A stretch of 36,384 bases of DNA from Deltaproteobacteria bacterium (lineage in GTDB: Bacteria > Bdellovibrionota > FAC87 > UBA2466): NCBI GenBank assembly GCA_016207775.1, contig JACQOU010000115.1:1-36384 (forward strand). Reading direction: 5' to 3'. The position numbers were made by a program, and so were the translations under genes. The notes under the pieces were generated by a model. It did not search any database. It saw only the letters and a program-made list of their open reading frames with translations, and was not told the DNA's origin. Of this stretch, positions 1 through 7,911 are shown one piece after another (within the stretch, counting starts at the first letter, position 1; each line of letters begins with the position of its first letter).

Positions 1-486
1 GACGGCACTCTGATTGGAAAATATCGCAAAACGCATTTATTTGCCTGTTCGCCTGTCTACGAACACCATTGCCTGTCGCCCGGTGATAGTTATGAGATCA
101 TGGAAATCGGCGGACTGAAGTTCGGTCTTTTGATCTGCTACGATTTACGATTTCCCGAACTTGCGCGGTCCCTTGCTTTAAAAGGTGCACAGGTGCTTGT
201 GCTTGTTTCTGCTTGGCCAAGGTCAAGAATCGAGCATTGGAGAATTTTATGTGCGGCCCGGGCGATTGAGAACCAACTCTATATGGTGGCGGCAAATCGT
301 GTAGGCCAGGACGGGGAGATGGTCTTTGGCGGCTCAAGTTGCCTTGTTGATCCTTACGGAATTGTGATAGGGAGTGCTAACGATAGTGGGGAAGCTCTCT
401 TGGTCGGTGAAATAGACGAAGAAAAAATTGCCTCAGTGCGTAAAAAGATGCCAGTCTTTGAGCACAGACGTGAAGACATCTACTGA
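1..486 (+). CDS. Carbon-nitrogen hydrolase (nitrilase/omega-amidase superfamily), 5'-truncated by the window edge
   Basis: Frame 1 is open from base 1 (DGTLIGKYRKTHLF...), so the ORF-track start at 100 is internal. It carries the nitrilase-superfamily catalytic Lys context (RKTHLF), the catalytic Cys context (LLICYDLRFPE) and AANRVG. Stop is TGA at 484-486. Confidence 0.85.
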   Translation, partial: DGTLIGKYRKTHLFACSPVYEHHCLSPGDSYEIMEIGGLKFGLLICYDLRFPELARSLALKGAQVLVLVSAWPRSRIEHWRILCAARAIENQLYMVAANRVGQDGEMVFGGSSCLVDPYGIVIGSANDSGEALLVGEIDEEKIASVRKKMPVFEHRREDIY

Positions 487-521
487 GTATCCGTAGCGAC
501 ACGTTTTTCTAAAAAAGTTAT

Positions 522-547
522 TAAGCTTGATGTGGATTTGCCGATGA
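522..547 (+). promoter_or_regulatory. Candidate sigma-28 (FliA/SigD)-type promoter upstream of csrA
   Basis: TAAG (522-525), a 14-nt spacer, then GCCGATGA (540-547). The class consensus is TAAA-N15-GCCGATAA. It ends about 30 nt upstream of the csrA ATG. Match by eye only. Confidence 0.35.
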
Positions 548-575
548 AGACTATAGAGGTAAGCATCGCCTTCCT

Positions 576-806
576 ATGCTGGTACTGACCAGAAAACTTG
601 GCGAAAGTATTGCGATAGACGACGATATCAAAATTGTCGTCGTTCAGATAAAAGGTCGGCAGGTACGTTTAGGAATTGAGGCGCCGCGTGATACTAAAAT
701 CCACCGAGAAGAAGTTTATCTAGCCATCCAAGAGCAAAACAAATCCGCTGCTCAGTCCGAGCCCGATCAAGTGAAAAAAGTTGCGAAGTTACTGCGCGCA
801 AGCTAA
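576..806 (+). CDS. csrA: Carbon storage regulator CsrA (RNA-binding translational regulator)
   Basis: The 76-aa product MLVLTRKLGESIAIDDDIKIVVVQIKGRQVRLGIEAPRDTKIHREEVY carries the canonical CsrA/RsmA signature. It has a C-terminal extension of the kind seen in FliW-partnered CsrAs, and fliW is adjacent. Confidence 0.95.
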   Translation: MLVLTRKLGESIAIDDDIKIVVVQIKGRQVRLGIEAPRDTKIHREEVYLAIQEQNKSAAQSEPDQVKKVAKLLRAS

Positions 807-857
807 CATACAATCGTTACCCAGCCTTATTTATATTTACAAACCGGGAGAGTGCCT

Positions 858-1400
858 ATGATGGTTGAGACCACCCGCTTCGGCTCAATTCAGGTGGAGG
901 ACAATGATATTGTTAATTTTCCAGAAGGCATGCTCGGATTTTCCAAAATCCATCAGTATGTATTGGTTGAACGAGTGGATGATTCATTGTTTCTTTGGCT
1001 GCAGGCCCTGAAAAAACCGAGCGTGGCCTTTCCACTTCTTGAACCACAAATTTTTGAGCTCAATTATAAAGTGGAATTAATGGATGAAGACAGAAGGCTG
1101 CTCAAGCTCAATACTCTGAATTGCGCAAAAGTTTTTGCCATTATCACTATTCCGAGCGACCCAATGAAAATGACCGCGAACCTGAAGGCCCCGATTGTCG
1201 TCAATCTTAAGACCAGGCTGGCCAAACAGGTTATCTTGCACAATATCGATTACCCAATCCGGAAAGGAATCTTTTCCGACTTACAGAGGCATTGTGCCGC
1301 CAAGCAGCGTACCGTGTTTCCGGACAGCGAAGCTTCTGCGTACCAAGCAATCCACATTTCAGAAGAATTTGTGGAGACCAACATCGAAGAAAACGTGTAG
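858..1400 (+). CDS. fliW: Flagellar assembly factor FliW (CsrA antagonist), with an extended C-terminal tail
   Basis: FliW-like N-terminus (TRFGSIQVEDNDIVNFPEGMLGF...), MTANLKAPIVVN and adjacency to csrA. A GGGAG Shine-Dalgarno at 846-850 favours ATG 858 over the track's GTG 852. The last ~13 codons are duplicated at 2989-3033. Confidence 0.85.
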   Translation: MMVETTRFGSIQVEDNDIVNFPEGMLGFSKIHQYVLVERVDDSLFLWLQALKKPSVAFPLLEPQIFELNYKVELMDEDRRLLKLNTLNCAKVFAIITIPSDPMKMTANLKAPIVVNLKTRLAKQVILHNIDYPIRKGIFSDLQRHCAAKQRTVFPDSEASAYQAIHISEEFVETNIEENV

Positions 1401-1404
1401 CGCT
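1359..1404 (+). repeat. Left copy of a direct repeat, covering the 3' end of fliW
   Basis: AAGAATTTGTGGAGACCAAC (1363-1382) is identical to 2987-3006. Over 1359-1404 versus 2983-3028 I count 37/46 identities at a fixed offset of 1624 nt. Confidence 0.9.
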
Positions 1405-1540
1405 AACGCGCCAAGAAATGTAGGTCCTTCGGGCCTCATCTGAAGGCGCGTGGGTAATGTTGTAGAGATTGCCCCTCCTATCCGATAGATATAACGTATT
1501 TGGATTGAAGAATACGTCAATTCAGGTTCATAATGGATCG

Positions 1541-2311
1541 ATGGATTCAGACCGCAAAAAACGAGAAGTTTTCCATTTTCTCTTCCTCGAATGGCTACTG
1601 AGGATCTCCGATCCAAAGCTCTATATCGTTAAGGGTGGGGTAAATCTCCGTTTTTTCTTCCACAGCCCACGCTATTCTGAGGATATGGATATCGATGTCC
1701 TTGGCGGGGCAGTGCATACGCTTAAGAAGAACGGCTACAAAATTTTGGAAGATGCGGCGTTTAGCCGCAGTCTGCGAATGTACGGAATTGATCGATTGCT
1801 CGTCAACGACTCTTCGAAAGCCAAACAGACCGAAACGGTACAACGCTTTCGGGTTCGCCTCGTTACTTCGGCAGGTGAAGAGCTACCCACGAAGATCGAG
1901 TTTTCGCGACGAATTAAAGAGTCTTTATCCCATTTGGTGGATCGGGTGGACCCGGAGATTGCGCGCACCTACCAGCGATTAGCTTTTCCGTGTCCTCATT
2001 ACACCGGAGAATCAGCTGTTCTGCAAAAGATAGTGGCTCTTGCGAACCGGGAGCTTACGCAAGCCCGTGATGTCTTCGACCTGCAAGTCCTTGCTGATGC
2101 CGGTTACCTGAAACATGTAAAGCCAGCGGAAGTGCTGAAGCGGTCAACACTAGTCGAAGCCGGGAAGAACCTGCACTTGCTTACCCATGAAGACTTCGCA
2201 GGTCACGTGCTTGAGTACCTGGAGGATGTCGACCGGAGTAGATACGAGGGGAAAGAGGCGTGGGATTCTATGAAAGAAACGGTTGCCGAGGTGTTGAAAA
2301 ATGGCGATTAA
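1541..2311 (+). CDS. abiEii: AbiEii/AbiGii-family nucleotidyltransferase toxin (DUF1814, type IV TA / abortive infection)
   Basis: VKGGVNLRFFFHSPRYSEDMDIDV matches the GG(T/V)xL...R(F/Y)SEDxD nucleotidyltransferase motif of the family. The track ORF starts at TTG 1469, and the first ATG is 1541, giving 256 aa, a typical size. The stop overlaps the next gene by 11 nt. Confidence 0.8.
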   Translation: MDSDRKKREVFHFLFLEWLLRISDPKLYIVKGGVNLRFFFHSPRYSEDMDIDVLGGAVHTLKKNGYKILEDAAFSRSLRMYGIDRLLVNDSSKAKQTETVQRFRVRLVTSAGEELPTKIEFSRRIKESLSHLVDRVDPEIARTYQRLAFPCPHYTGESAVLQKIVALANRELTQARDVFDLQVLADAGYLKHVKPAEVLKRSTLVEAGKNLHLLTHEDFAGHVLEYLEDVDRSRYEGKEAWDSMKETVAEVLKNGD

Positions 2312-2900
2312 GCAGGCAAGCGTGAGCGTTGTCTTTTCCACCCGCGAGTTCGCCATAACACACGGGTTATCGTTTTCGGGGGCGTCGCACCATCTCAGGA
2401 TTCTTGAGAAACATGGCGACATCATTCGCATCACCCGCGGTGTCTGGGGGCGGCCAAACCATCCGCATTTCACCGCCTTTGCCTGTGTCCCTGTGCTCCT
2501 CGGACAGGAACAAGGGTACGTTTCGTTTCTTACTGCACTCCATCGCCACGGGGCAATCTCCCAAATTTCCCCCGTGATCCAGGTTGCGACGACAGGACAC
2601 TCAAGAAAACTCGCTACTTGCATTGGTCGTTTCGAGTTTTTTCAGCTGAAACCCGAAATGATGCTCTTGGGAATCGAATGGAGCGAGAGTTACATCCCGT
2701 TCCGGATGGCCACTGCCGAGAAAGCACTTATCGATACTCTCTACTTAGGGACACGCAAGGGGCGCCGATTTGCTTCGCTTCCTGAATTACACCGAACCTT
2801 TGAGCAGCGAAAACTCTCAGGGTTGTTACGCGAGCAACGGCTCCCTGGCCCGATTGTGAAAGCCATCCAGGAACGGTTGGCTCAGATCGTCGGTAGTTGA
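2301..2900 (+). CDS. abiEi: AbiEi-family antitoxin / transcriptional regulator (winged-helix N-terminal domain)
   Basis: FSTREFAITHGLSFSGASHHLRILEKHGDIIRITRGVWG fits the AbiEi N-terminal wHTH pattern (F-S/T-x-x-E/D ... L-x-x-L-x-x-x-G-x-I-x-R-I-x-RGVY/W). It is translationally coupled to the AbiEii gene. Confidence 0.7.
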   Translation: MAIKQASVSVVFSTREFAITHGLSFSGASHHLRILEKHGDIIRITRGVWGRPNHPHFTAFACVPVLLGQEQGYVSFLTALHRHGAISQISPVIQVATTGHSRKLATCIGRFEFFQLKPEMMLLGIEWSESYIPFRMATAEKALIDTLYLGTRKGRRFASLPELHRTFEQRKLSGLLREQRLPGPIVKAIQERLAQIVGS

Positions 2901-2982
2901 TCCCAACCCGATTACAGCTCAACAAGTTTCATCACCTTTTCAACTAAACGGACGCTCCAAAAGACCGTTCATACAGCCTCTC

Positions 2983-3033
2983 TCACAAGAATTTGTGGAG
3001 ACCAACCTGGAAGACAATGGCCTGCGCTTATAG
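2983..3033 (+). repeat. Right copy of the direct repeat: a displaced relic of the fliW 3' end
   Basis: Reading gaa(2989) onward gives EFVETNLEDNGLRL followed by TAG at 3031-3033. This parallels the FliW C-terminus EFVETNIEENV*. The relic overlaps the stop codon (3028-3030) of the convergent oxidoreductase gene. Confidence 0.85.
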
Positions 3034-4038
3034 ACTAGTGGCAGAGCAATGTTCAGTGTTGAGAATAGTCTTTCTAGCTTGATCCGCAATTCTTAAGGCA
3101 TCCAGACCATCTTCCGGAGGAACAGGCATAGTAAGGTGGCCGGTTATTGCCGCGATAAAAGCAGTGAGTTCCTGCTGCAGTGGTTCCTTTTGCTGAATAC
3201 CAATCTGCAATTTATCTGGTTGTGCAAAGGATTTCAGATAGGAGTCAAAAAAGAATTCTTTGGGTATTTCAGCCTGAGTGAGAAGAGGGTTTTGGCGAAC
3301 GAGCGTTGCCTGTTGCGTGATAAGGTTTAAGAAGCAGTAGCCTTTCGATCCGATAATTTGGATTTCCCTAACTTTTACTGGGGTTAGCCAATTAACGTGT
3401 GCATCCACGAGCGTTTTCCCTACTTTTAGCAACAGGGTTGCACAATGGATTTCTTGGTCACCATAGCCAACGCATGAGATAAGCTGAGGCACTTTACCGA
3501 GAAGCGTTTTAAAAAGGTCGAGGTCATGGACAGCCAAATCGACCAATACATCGCCAGCTCGTTTCTGGTCACTGGGATTACCCCCGACTCGTTTAGAGCT
3601 GATTGTTAAGATTTCCCCTAACTCACCCGTTCGAATTAAATGATGGGCCGTGACAACGGCCGGATTGAAACGTTCAACATGGCCTACCATAAAAGGTGTT
3701 TGAGTTTCGCAGGCGAGTCGACACAGGTGCAGAGCTTCCTTGACCGTTGCTGCAATGGGTTTTTCCACTAAAACAGGTATCTTGTTTTTCAGTGCCAGCG
3801 ATGCAAGCTCAAAATGGGTGGAGGTGGACGCTGCAATGACAATCGCCTCGGGCCTCACTTCCTGAAGAGCGGCATCCAAACTCGCAAAAGCAGGGCATTT
3901 TCCTCGGTCTCCAAACTCTTTGGCCAGTTGCGGATCGCTATCAACCACGGCGGCGATTCGGCAGCCGCTCATCGCAGAAAGTATGCGAAAGTGATTACCG
4001 CCCATCTTGCCTAAACCAACTAACACAATTTGAATCAT
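3028..4038 (-). CDS. Gfo/Idh/MocA-family NAD(P)-dependent oxidoreductase (sugar/UDP-sugar dehydrogenase-like)
   Basis: N-terminal Rossmann motif MIQIVLVGLGKMGGNH plus the EKP motif (PVLVEKPIA) typical of the family. A GAGG Shine-Dalgarno lies ~8 nt upstream of ATG 4038. Confidence 0.85.
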   Translation of the reverse strand: MIQIVLVGLGKMGGNHFRILSAMSGCRIAAVVDSDPQLAKEFGDRGKCPAFASLDAALQEVRPEAIVIAASTSTHFELASLALKNKIPVLVEKPIAATVKEALHLCRLACETQTPFMVGHVERFNPAVVTAHHLIRTGELGEILTISSKRVGGNPSDQKRAGDVLVDLAVHDLDLFKTLLGKVPQLISCVGYGDQEIHCATLLLKVGKTLVDAHVNWLTPVKVREIQIIGSKGYCFLNLITQQATLVRQNPLLTQAEIPKEFFFDSYLKSFAQPDKLQIGIQQKEPLQQELTAFIAAITGHLTMPVPPEDGLDALRIADQARKTILNTEHCSATSL

Positions 4039-4190
4039 GCTTTGCCTCGTGCCATGGCAGGGCGTAGTTACAGGGCGTTAAGTAATCTAACTCTTTTTCC
4101 GAAAAGGATAGAGAAGACTCACTTACATTACCCGTTGCTTAAAACCATTTTAGCATACCGTTACAAGTCAAGCTTACCAAGAGGGGATAG

Positions 4191-4748
4191 ATGCAAAACA
4201 GAAGACTGAAGGTTGCTTACCGAAGTAATGAAAACGCTTACTTTGTTCACCCCACCGCCATTATTGATGAAGACGTTACAATCGGAGAGGGAGCAAAGAT
4301 CTGGGCTTTTTCGCATGTAATGTCGGGAGCAAAAATTGGGAAAAACTGCATTATTGGTGAAAAGGTGCATATTGGTCCGAATGTTACCTTAGGTGAACAT
4401 TGTAAAGTTCAAAACGGAGTGAACCTGTACGCCGGAGTGACCGCGGAGGATTTCGTCTTTTTTGGTCCAAATTGTCAAACAACCAATGAAAAACATATCG
4501 GTCTCACGGACTTGGAAGGCAATCCGTATTCTGATTGGACTGCTGGAAGAACAATTTTCAGGCAAGGTTGTTCAATTGGTGCGAATGCGGTGGTTGTCTG
4601 TGGTAGTGAATCAACTCCAACAGAAATTGGGTCTTATGCCATCGTGGGTGCTGGGGCAGTTGTTGTGAGCAGCGTACCCGGTTGTGCAATCGTCGTTGGC
4701 AATCCAGCCCGTTTACTCCGATACAGGTCTCAAAAAATCACAAAATGA
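4191..4748 (+). CDS. Left-handed beta-helix (hexapeptide-repeat) sugar N-acyl/acetyltransferase
   Basis: Repeated [LIV]-G-x-x-x-x hexapeptides (VTIGEGAKIWAFSHVMSGAKIGKNCIIGEKVHIGPNVTLGEHCKVQNGV). An AGAGGGGA Shine-Dalgarno precedes ATG 4191. Similar to WbpD/FdtC/WxcM-type enzymes by pattern only. Confidence 0.8.
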   Translation: MQNRRLKVAYRSNENAYFVHPTAIIDEDVTIGEGAKIWAFSHVMSGAKIGKNCIIGEKVHIGPNVTLGEHCKVQNGVNLYAGVTAEDFVFFGPNCQTTNEKHIGLTDLEGNPYSDWTAGRTIFRQGCSIGANAVVVCGSESTPTEIGSYAIVGAGAVVVSSVPGCAIVVGNPARLLRYRSQKITK

Positions 4749-5593
4749 ACAGTCTTTTTTCTGAGAAATCAGGGATGAATTTAATTGCAAGCTCAGAGCT
4801 CGCTGTGCTTGACGTTACGTACATTATTCCGGTTCACAACGAAGCAAACATTCTTGCGGATACGGTGAAGGAATTGATCACCAGTCTTCAGCAATGCCGT
4901 TGTGCAGAGATTATTCTCGCTGAAAACGGCAGCCGTGATCGTTCCGCGGAGATCGCCCGCTCATTGACTGGCCAATTCGGCAATGTGTCGGTTCAAACTC
5001 TGTGCGATTTACCCAAGGGACTGGGGCATGCCTGGCATAGCGGTATCCAGCTTGCGTTATCGGGCAAGAACAGAAGTTCACGGCCATCTCAAAGATGGCT
5101 CGTCCTCAGTGCTGCGGATTTGCCTTTTGGATTTTCGGATCTCAGGTCATTTGTAAAAAGATTGACTCGGAAAAGCTCATTGCAGCTAGCTATCGGTTCA
5201 AAAGCGCATTCGGAGAGTCAGGTAAAGATGCCTTGGAAGAGAAAGTTTGCGAGTCGCATCTTCCGTTACTTGAGGTATCTCATTTTAGGCATGAGAGTGG
5301 AAGACTCACAAGGCACTATTTTTATCCGGGAAGAGTTAGCACGAGAACTCTGCGATCATGTCATGACCCGAGACTACTTCTATTCCACAGAGCTTATTTG
5401 GTTCTGCGAAAAAAAACGGGTTGTGTTAGAGGAACTGCCCGTGATCTATATGGGCGAGCGTCGAAATTCTAATGTGAAACTTGTGGGCGACTCATGGACG
5501 ATGATAAAGCATCTGTTCCGCTTAAGGATTAGACGAGAAGGAACGGGTGCTTTGAAACAGTCCGATCTTATCGATGGTCATTCGGGTCTCTAG
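4745..5593 (+). CDS. Family 2 glycosyltransferase (DPM1-like)
   Basis: VTYIIPVHNEANIL...IILAENGSRDRSAEIA is the GT2 N-terminal signature. ATG 4745 overlaps the upstream TGA in an ATGA coupling, so I prefer it to the track start at 4682. The usual DxD position reads AAD (LSAADLPF). Confidence 0.75.
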   Translation: MNSLFSEKSGMNLIASSELAVLDVTYIIPVHNEANILADTVKELITSLQQCRCAEIILAENGSRDRSAEIARSLTGQFGNVSVQTLCDLPKGLGHAWHSGIQLALSGKNRSSRPSQRWLVLSAADLPFGFSDLRSFVKRLTRKSSLQLAIGSKAHSESQVKMPWKRKFASRIFRYLRYLILGMRVEDSQGTIFIREELARELCDHVMTRDYFYSTELIWFCEKKRVVLEELPVIYMGERRNSNVKLVGDSWTMIKHLFRLRIRREGTGALKQSDLIDGHSGL

Positions 5594-7861
5594 CGAGGTA
5601 TACCAGGAAAAATTATTCGCTATACCGAGTTGGAAGTTTCCGTCGTATTCGGCCCTTAATAAAACCACAAAGGGCCCTCTTTCAGAAATCGTGACATGTC
5701 CGGCGTACATGCCATCACGCAAGAGTCCTATCGAAACCGCCGCTACTCGATTAAAACCCTCTACAAGAAATAGGCTTCCGCGGGAGGTCGAAACTGGCTT
5801 TGTCAGAAGAAGATCGGTATCAATTTGAGAAACGCTTGCACTGGGGTACAAGGCAGACGACAAAGTGGAGCGCGACCGGTCGAGACTGGGGTAACGGTGA
5901 GGATCTTTTGGGGAAGTTGCAAAACCTTCGATTTGAAAGCCGTGCTGACCGCGTTTGGCAATGGGCGCCACAAAATTGATATCAAGTTCTTGTGCTGGAG
6001 TTGTTCTCGTTTTCTGTTCGGTCGAGTCTGACGAACGAGAAGTGTCATCATTGCCCAGTCGTTGGAACAAAGGTGTCTGAGACCCGGTCAGTACCGTGGC
6101 TAACAGCGGTAACTGGTATGGGTCGTGGATTCGTTCAAAACTTCTTAAACACGCACTGGCTTCTTTCGGTAACTCAATTCCAATAAATCTTGACCAAGCC
6201 GGAAAATAAAGACTGGCGGCTGCGGTCTTGGAAATTGGAATTTGCAAAGTGCGCGACCATTCTAATCGGGAGTTTTTTCCGGAAGCTTTCTGATATTGCA
6301 AGACGGCATGCACAGTTTGCACTGGACATCCATTGGATACGAAGCGCGCAACAAGTAGTTCAAAGGGATCTTTGGAAATGGGCCGTAAAAAAAGTGCTCG
6401 ATCTTTTGAAAACTCTATTTGATTGGGAAAGATTTGAGTTGCGGCGTGGTCATACTTGTAAAACAGTTCCTGCACTTTTACCGTCTGATATTTCCTCAGA
6501 GCAAACAAAGAGCCTGCTGCCAAAACGATCAATGCCATAGTCAAAGCCGTACACCGCAACAGTGTTTTGATTGTAGGGCGCGGCAGTTGACGCCTCGATA
6601 GTTTCCAAATTAATTGGGTTAAAAAGCCAAAATTCCACCATGACAAAAATTCCATATAGGCAAAATTACGCCCAAAAAATTGTGTCGTAATCAGTGCTCC
6701 GACAAAACAGCTCCACACAAGGTACAGGCCAGCCATCCGTAAGGAACACAAAGCCAGACATAAGAAAGTGAAGACTGCCAAGGGGATCGAGAACGGAAAT
6801 AAGGCGCTCTGAACCAACGATTTGATTGAATATAAATGTGTCAGCCAGGCTTGATGCACGCCTTGCGGAGCAAGCTGGTAGACAAACGCGAGCTCAAAAA
6901 CGCGGCTGAGGGATGCGTAAATCCGAACCAGTAAATCAGCAGGAAAATAGGAAAGATAGGGCCGGATAAATGCAAGCCTCGGTGGCATGTCCGGATAAAG
7001 TGAACCGAACAGTTCAGTGTTCGCACCAATATGTTCGTCTATAAAGAGATATCCTATGTCATAAGGTGGCCTGGATAGTTTCAATTCCTGATCCATTGGG
7101 GACATATACCCCGCAGCAAACTCGAGTGGATGAAAACGTACGAGGGGGAAAGGCACGGTCATATAAAGACAGAAAAGAAAAACGACCAGCCCCCCTAATC
7201 GCTTTCGCAAGCATACCCCGGGTGGGCAAAACGCGAGAATGGTCAGGACCGCCGGCACGGAAAAAAAAATGAGTTCTTCGCGCAGATACTGTCCAAGGCC
7301 GATAGTGAGTCCCATCGCTCCCGATAGCTTCAAAAATCGATTGTAAGACGTGCCCCATCGTACCAAGGCCCCCATGAAAAAAAGCAAAGCGAGTAGATAA
7401 GGGACACGCAGATAATCCCTTAAGGGCGAGGAGCCAACCTGAAATAACTGGAAATTAGAAGCCGCAACACAAAGACAAAAAAGCACCGCAACCGTACGCC
7501 CCATTGCGAGCCGAAAAATGCCGTAAAGAATGAGCGCAGTACTGCCCAGCAGCCATCCATAATCGGAGGGGGGCAGGGAATGTCCCTTGGTGGGGATGAA
7601 AAAGACGACTTCGTTACTTTGAAGTGCGTCTTTCATGTATAAACTTCCAATTAAAAATGAGCATAGAAAGACAAAGCCGGCACTCAGCAAATCGGGAAGA
7701 GCGGGCCTTAAGTTTTGGAAAGAGAAAAAGTCGCGTCCCCGCTTTTTAAAGGCTCGATAGGTCAAGAGACTTGCAGCCAAGAGCAAGCCTACCCAGAAGC
7801 GTTTCGAATGGAAAAGGGGACTTGTGCATTCCCACAGGATAAGAAGCAGTGTTCGTTGCAT
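5522..7861 (-). CDS. Polytopic inner-membrane protein with a ~330-aa C-terminal soluble domain; function unassigned
   Basis: The 779-aa product has at least 10 long hydrophobic segments in the first ~440 aa, followed by a hydrophilic C-terminal domain. It is co-oriented with the upstream lipoprotein gene and sits next to glycosyltransferase genes. A GT-C-type glycosyltransferase or polymerase role is only a guess from context. Confidence 0.6.
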   Translation of the reverse strand: MQRTLLLILWECTSPLFHSKRFWVGLLLAASLLTYRAFKKRGRDFFSFQNLRPALPDLLSAGFVFLCSFLIGSLYMKDALQSNEVVFFIPTKGHSLPPSDYGWLLGSTALILYGIFRLAMGRTVAVLFCLCVAASNFQLFQVGSSPLRDYLRVPYLLALLFFMGALVRWGTSYNRFLKLSGAMGLTIGLGQYLREELIFFSVPAVLTILAFCPPGVCLRKRLGGLVVFLFCLYMTVPFPLVRFHPLEFAAGYMSPMDQELKLSRPPYDIGYLFIDEHIGANTELFGSLYPDMPPRLAFIRPYLSYFPADLLVRIYASLSRVFELAFVYQLAPQGVHQAWLTHLYSIKSLVQSALFPFSIPLAVFTFLCLALCSLRMAGLYLVWSCFVGALITTQFFGRNFAYMEFLSWWNFGFLTQLIWKLSRRQLPRPTIKTLLRCTALTMALIVLAAGSLFALRKYQTVKVQELFYKYDHAATQIFPNQIEFSKDRALFLRPISKDPFELLVARFVSNGCPVQTVHAVLQYQKASGKNSRLEWSRTLQIPISKTAAASLYFPAWSRFIGIELPKEASACLRSFERIHDPYQLPLLATVLTGSQTPLFQRLGNDDTSRSSDSTEQKTRTTPAQELDINFVAPIAKRGQHGFQIEGFATSPKDPHRYPSLDRSRSTLSSALYPSASVSQIDTDLLLTKPVSTSRGSLFLVEGFNRVAAVSIGLLRDGMYAGHVTISERGPFVVLLRAEYDGNFQLGIANNFSWYTSLETRMTIDKIGLFQSTRSFSSNP

Positions 7862-7911
7862 GGTCTAAACTAAAAGCGCTGATTTTATTATAACCCAGGA
7901 TTTCGGACTCA

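Larger units (their letters stand above)
1383..3006 (+). mobile_element. Putative inserted AbiE toxin-antitoxin cassette (~1.6 kb) bounded by fliW-3' direct repeats; no recombinase present
   Basis: The segment between the two repeat cores holds only abiEii and abiEi. The distal repeat still encodes a FliW-like tail in frame (EFVETNLEDNGLRL*, against EFVETNIEENV* in the intact gene). Confidence 0.5.

Noticed and set aside
4058-4078. Direct repeat CAGGGCGT-N5-CAGGGCGT in the divergent promoter region between the oxidoreductase and acyltransferase genes
   Set aside because: It could be a regulator binding site, but it is only an 8-mer pair with no supporting palindrome or known consensus. I am leaving it unannotated.
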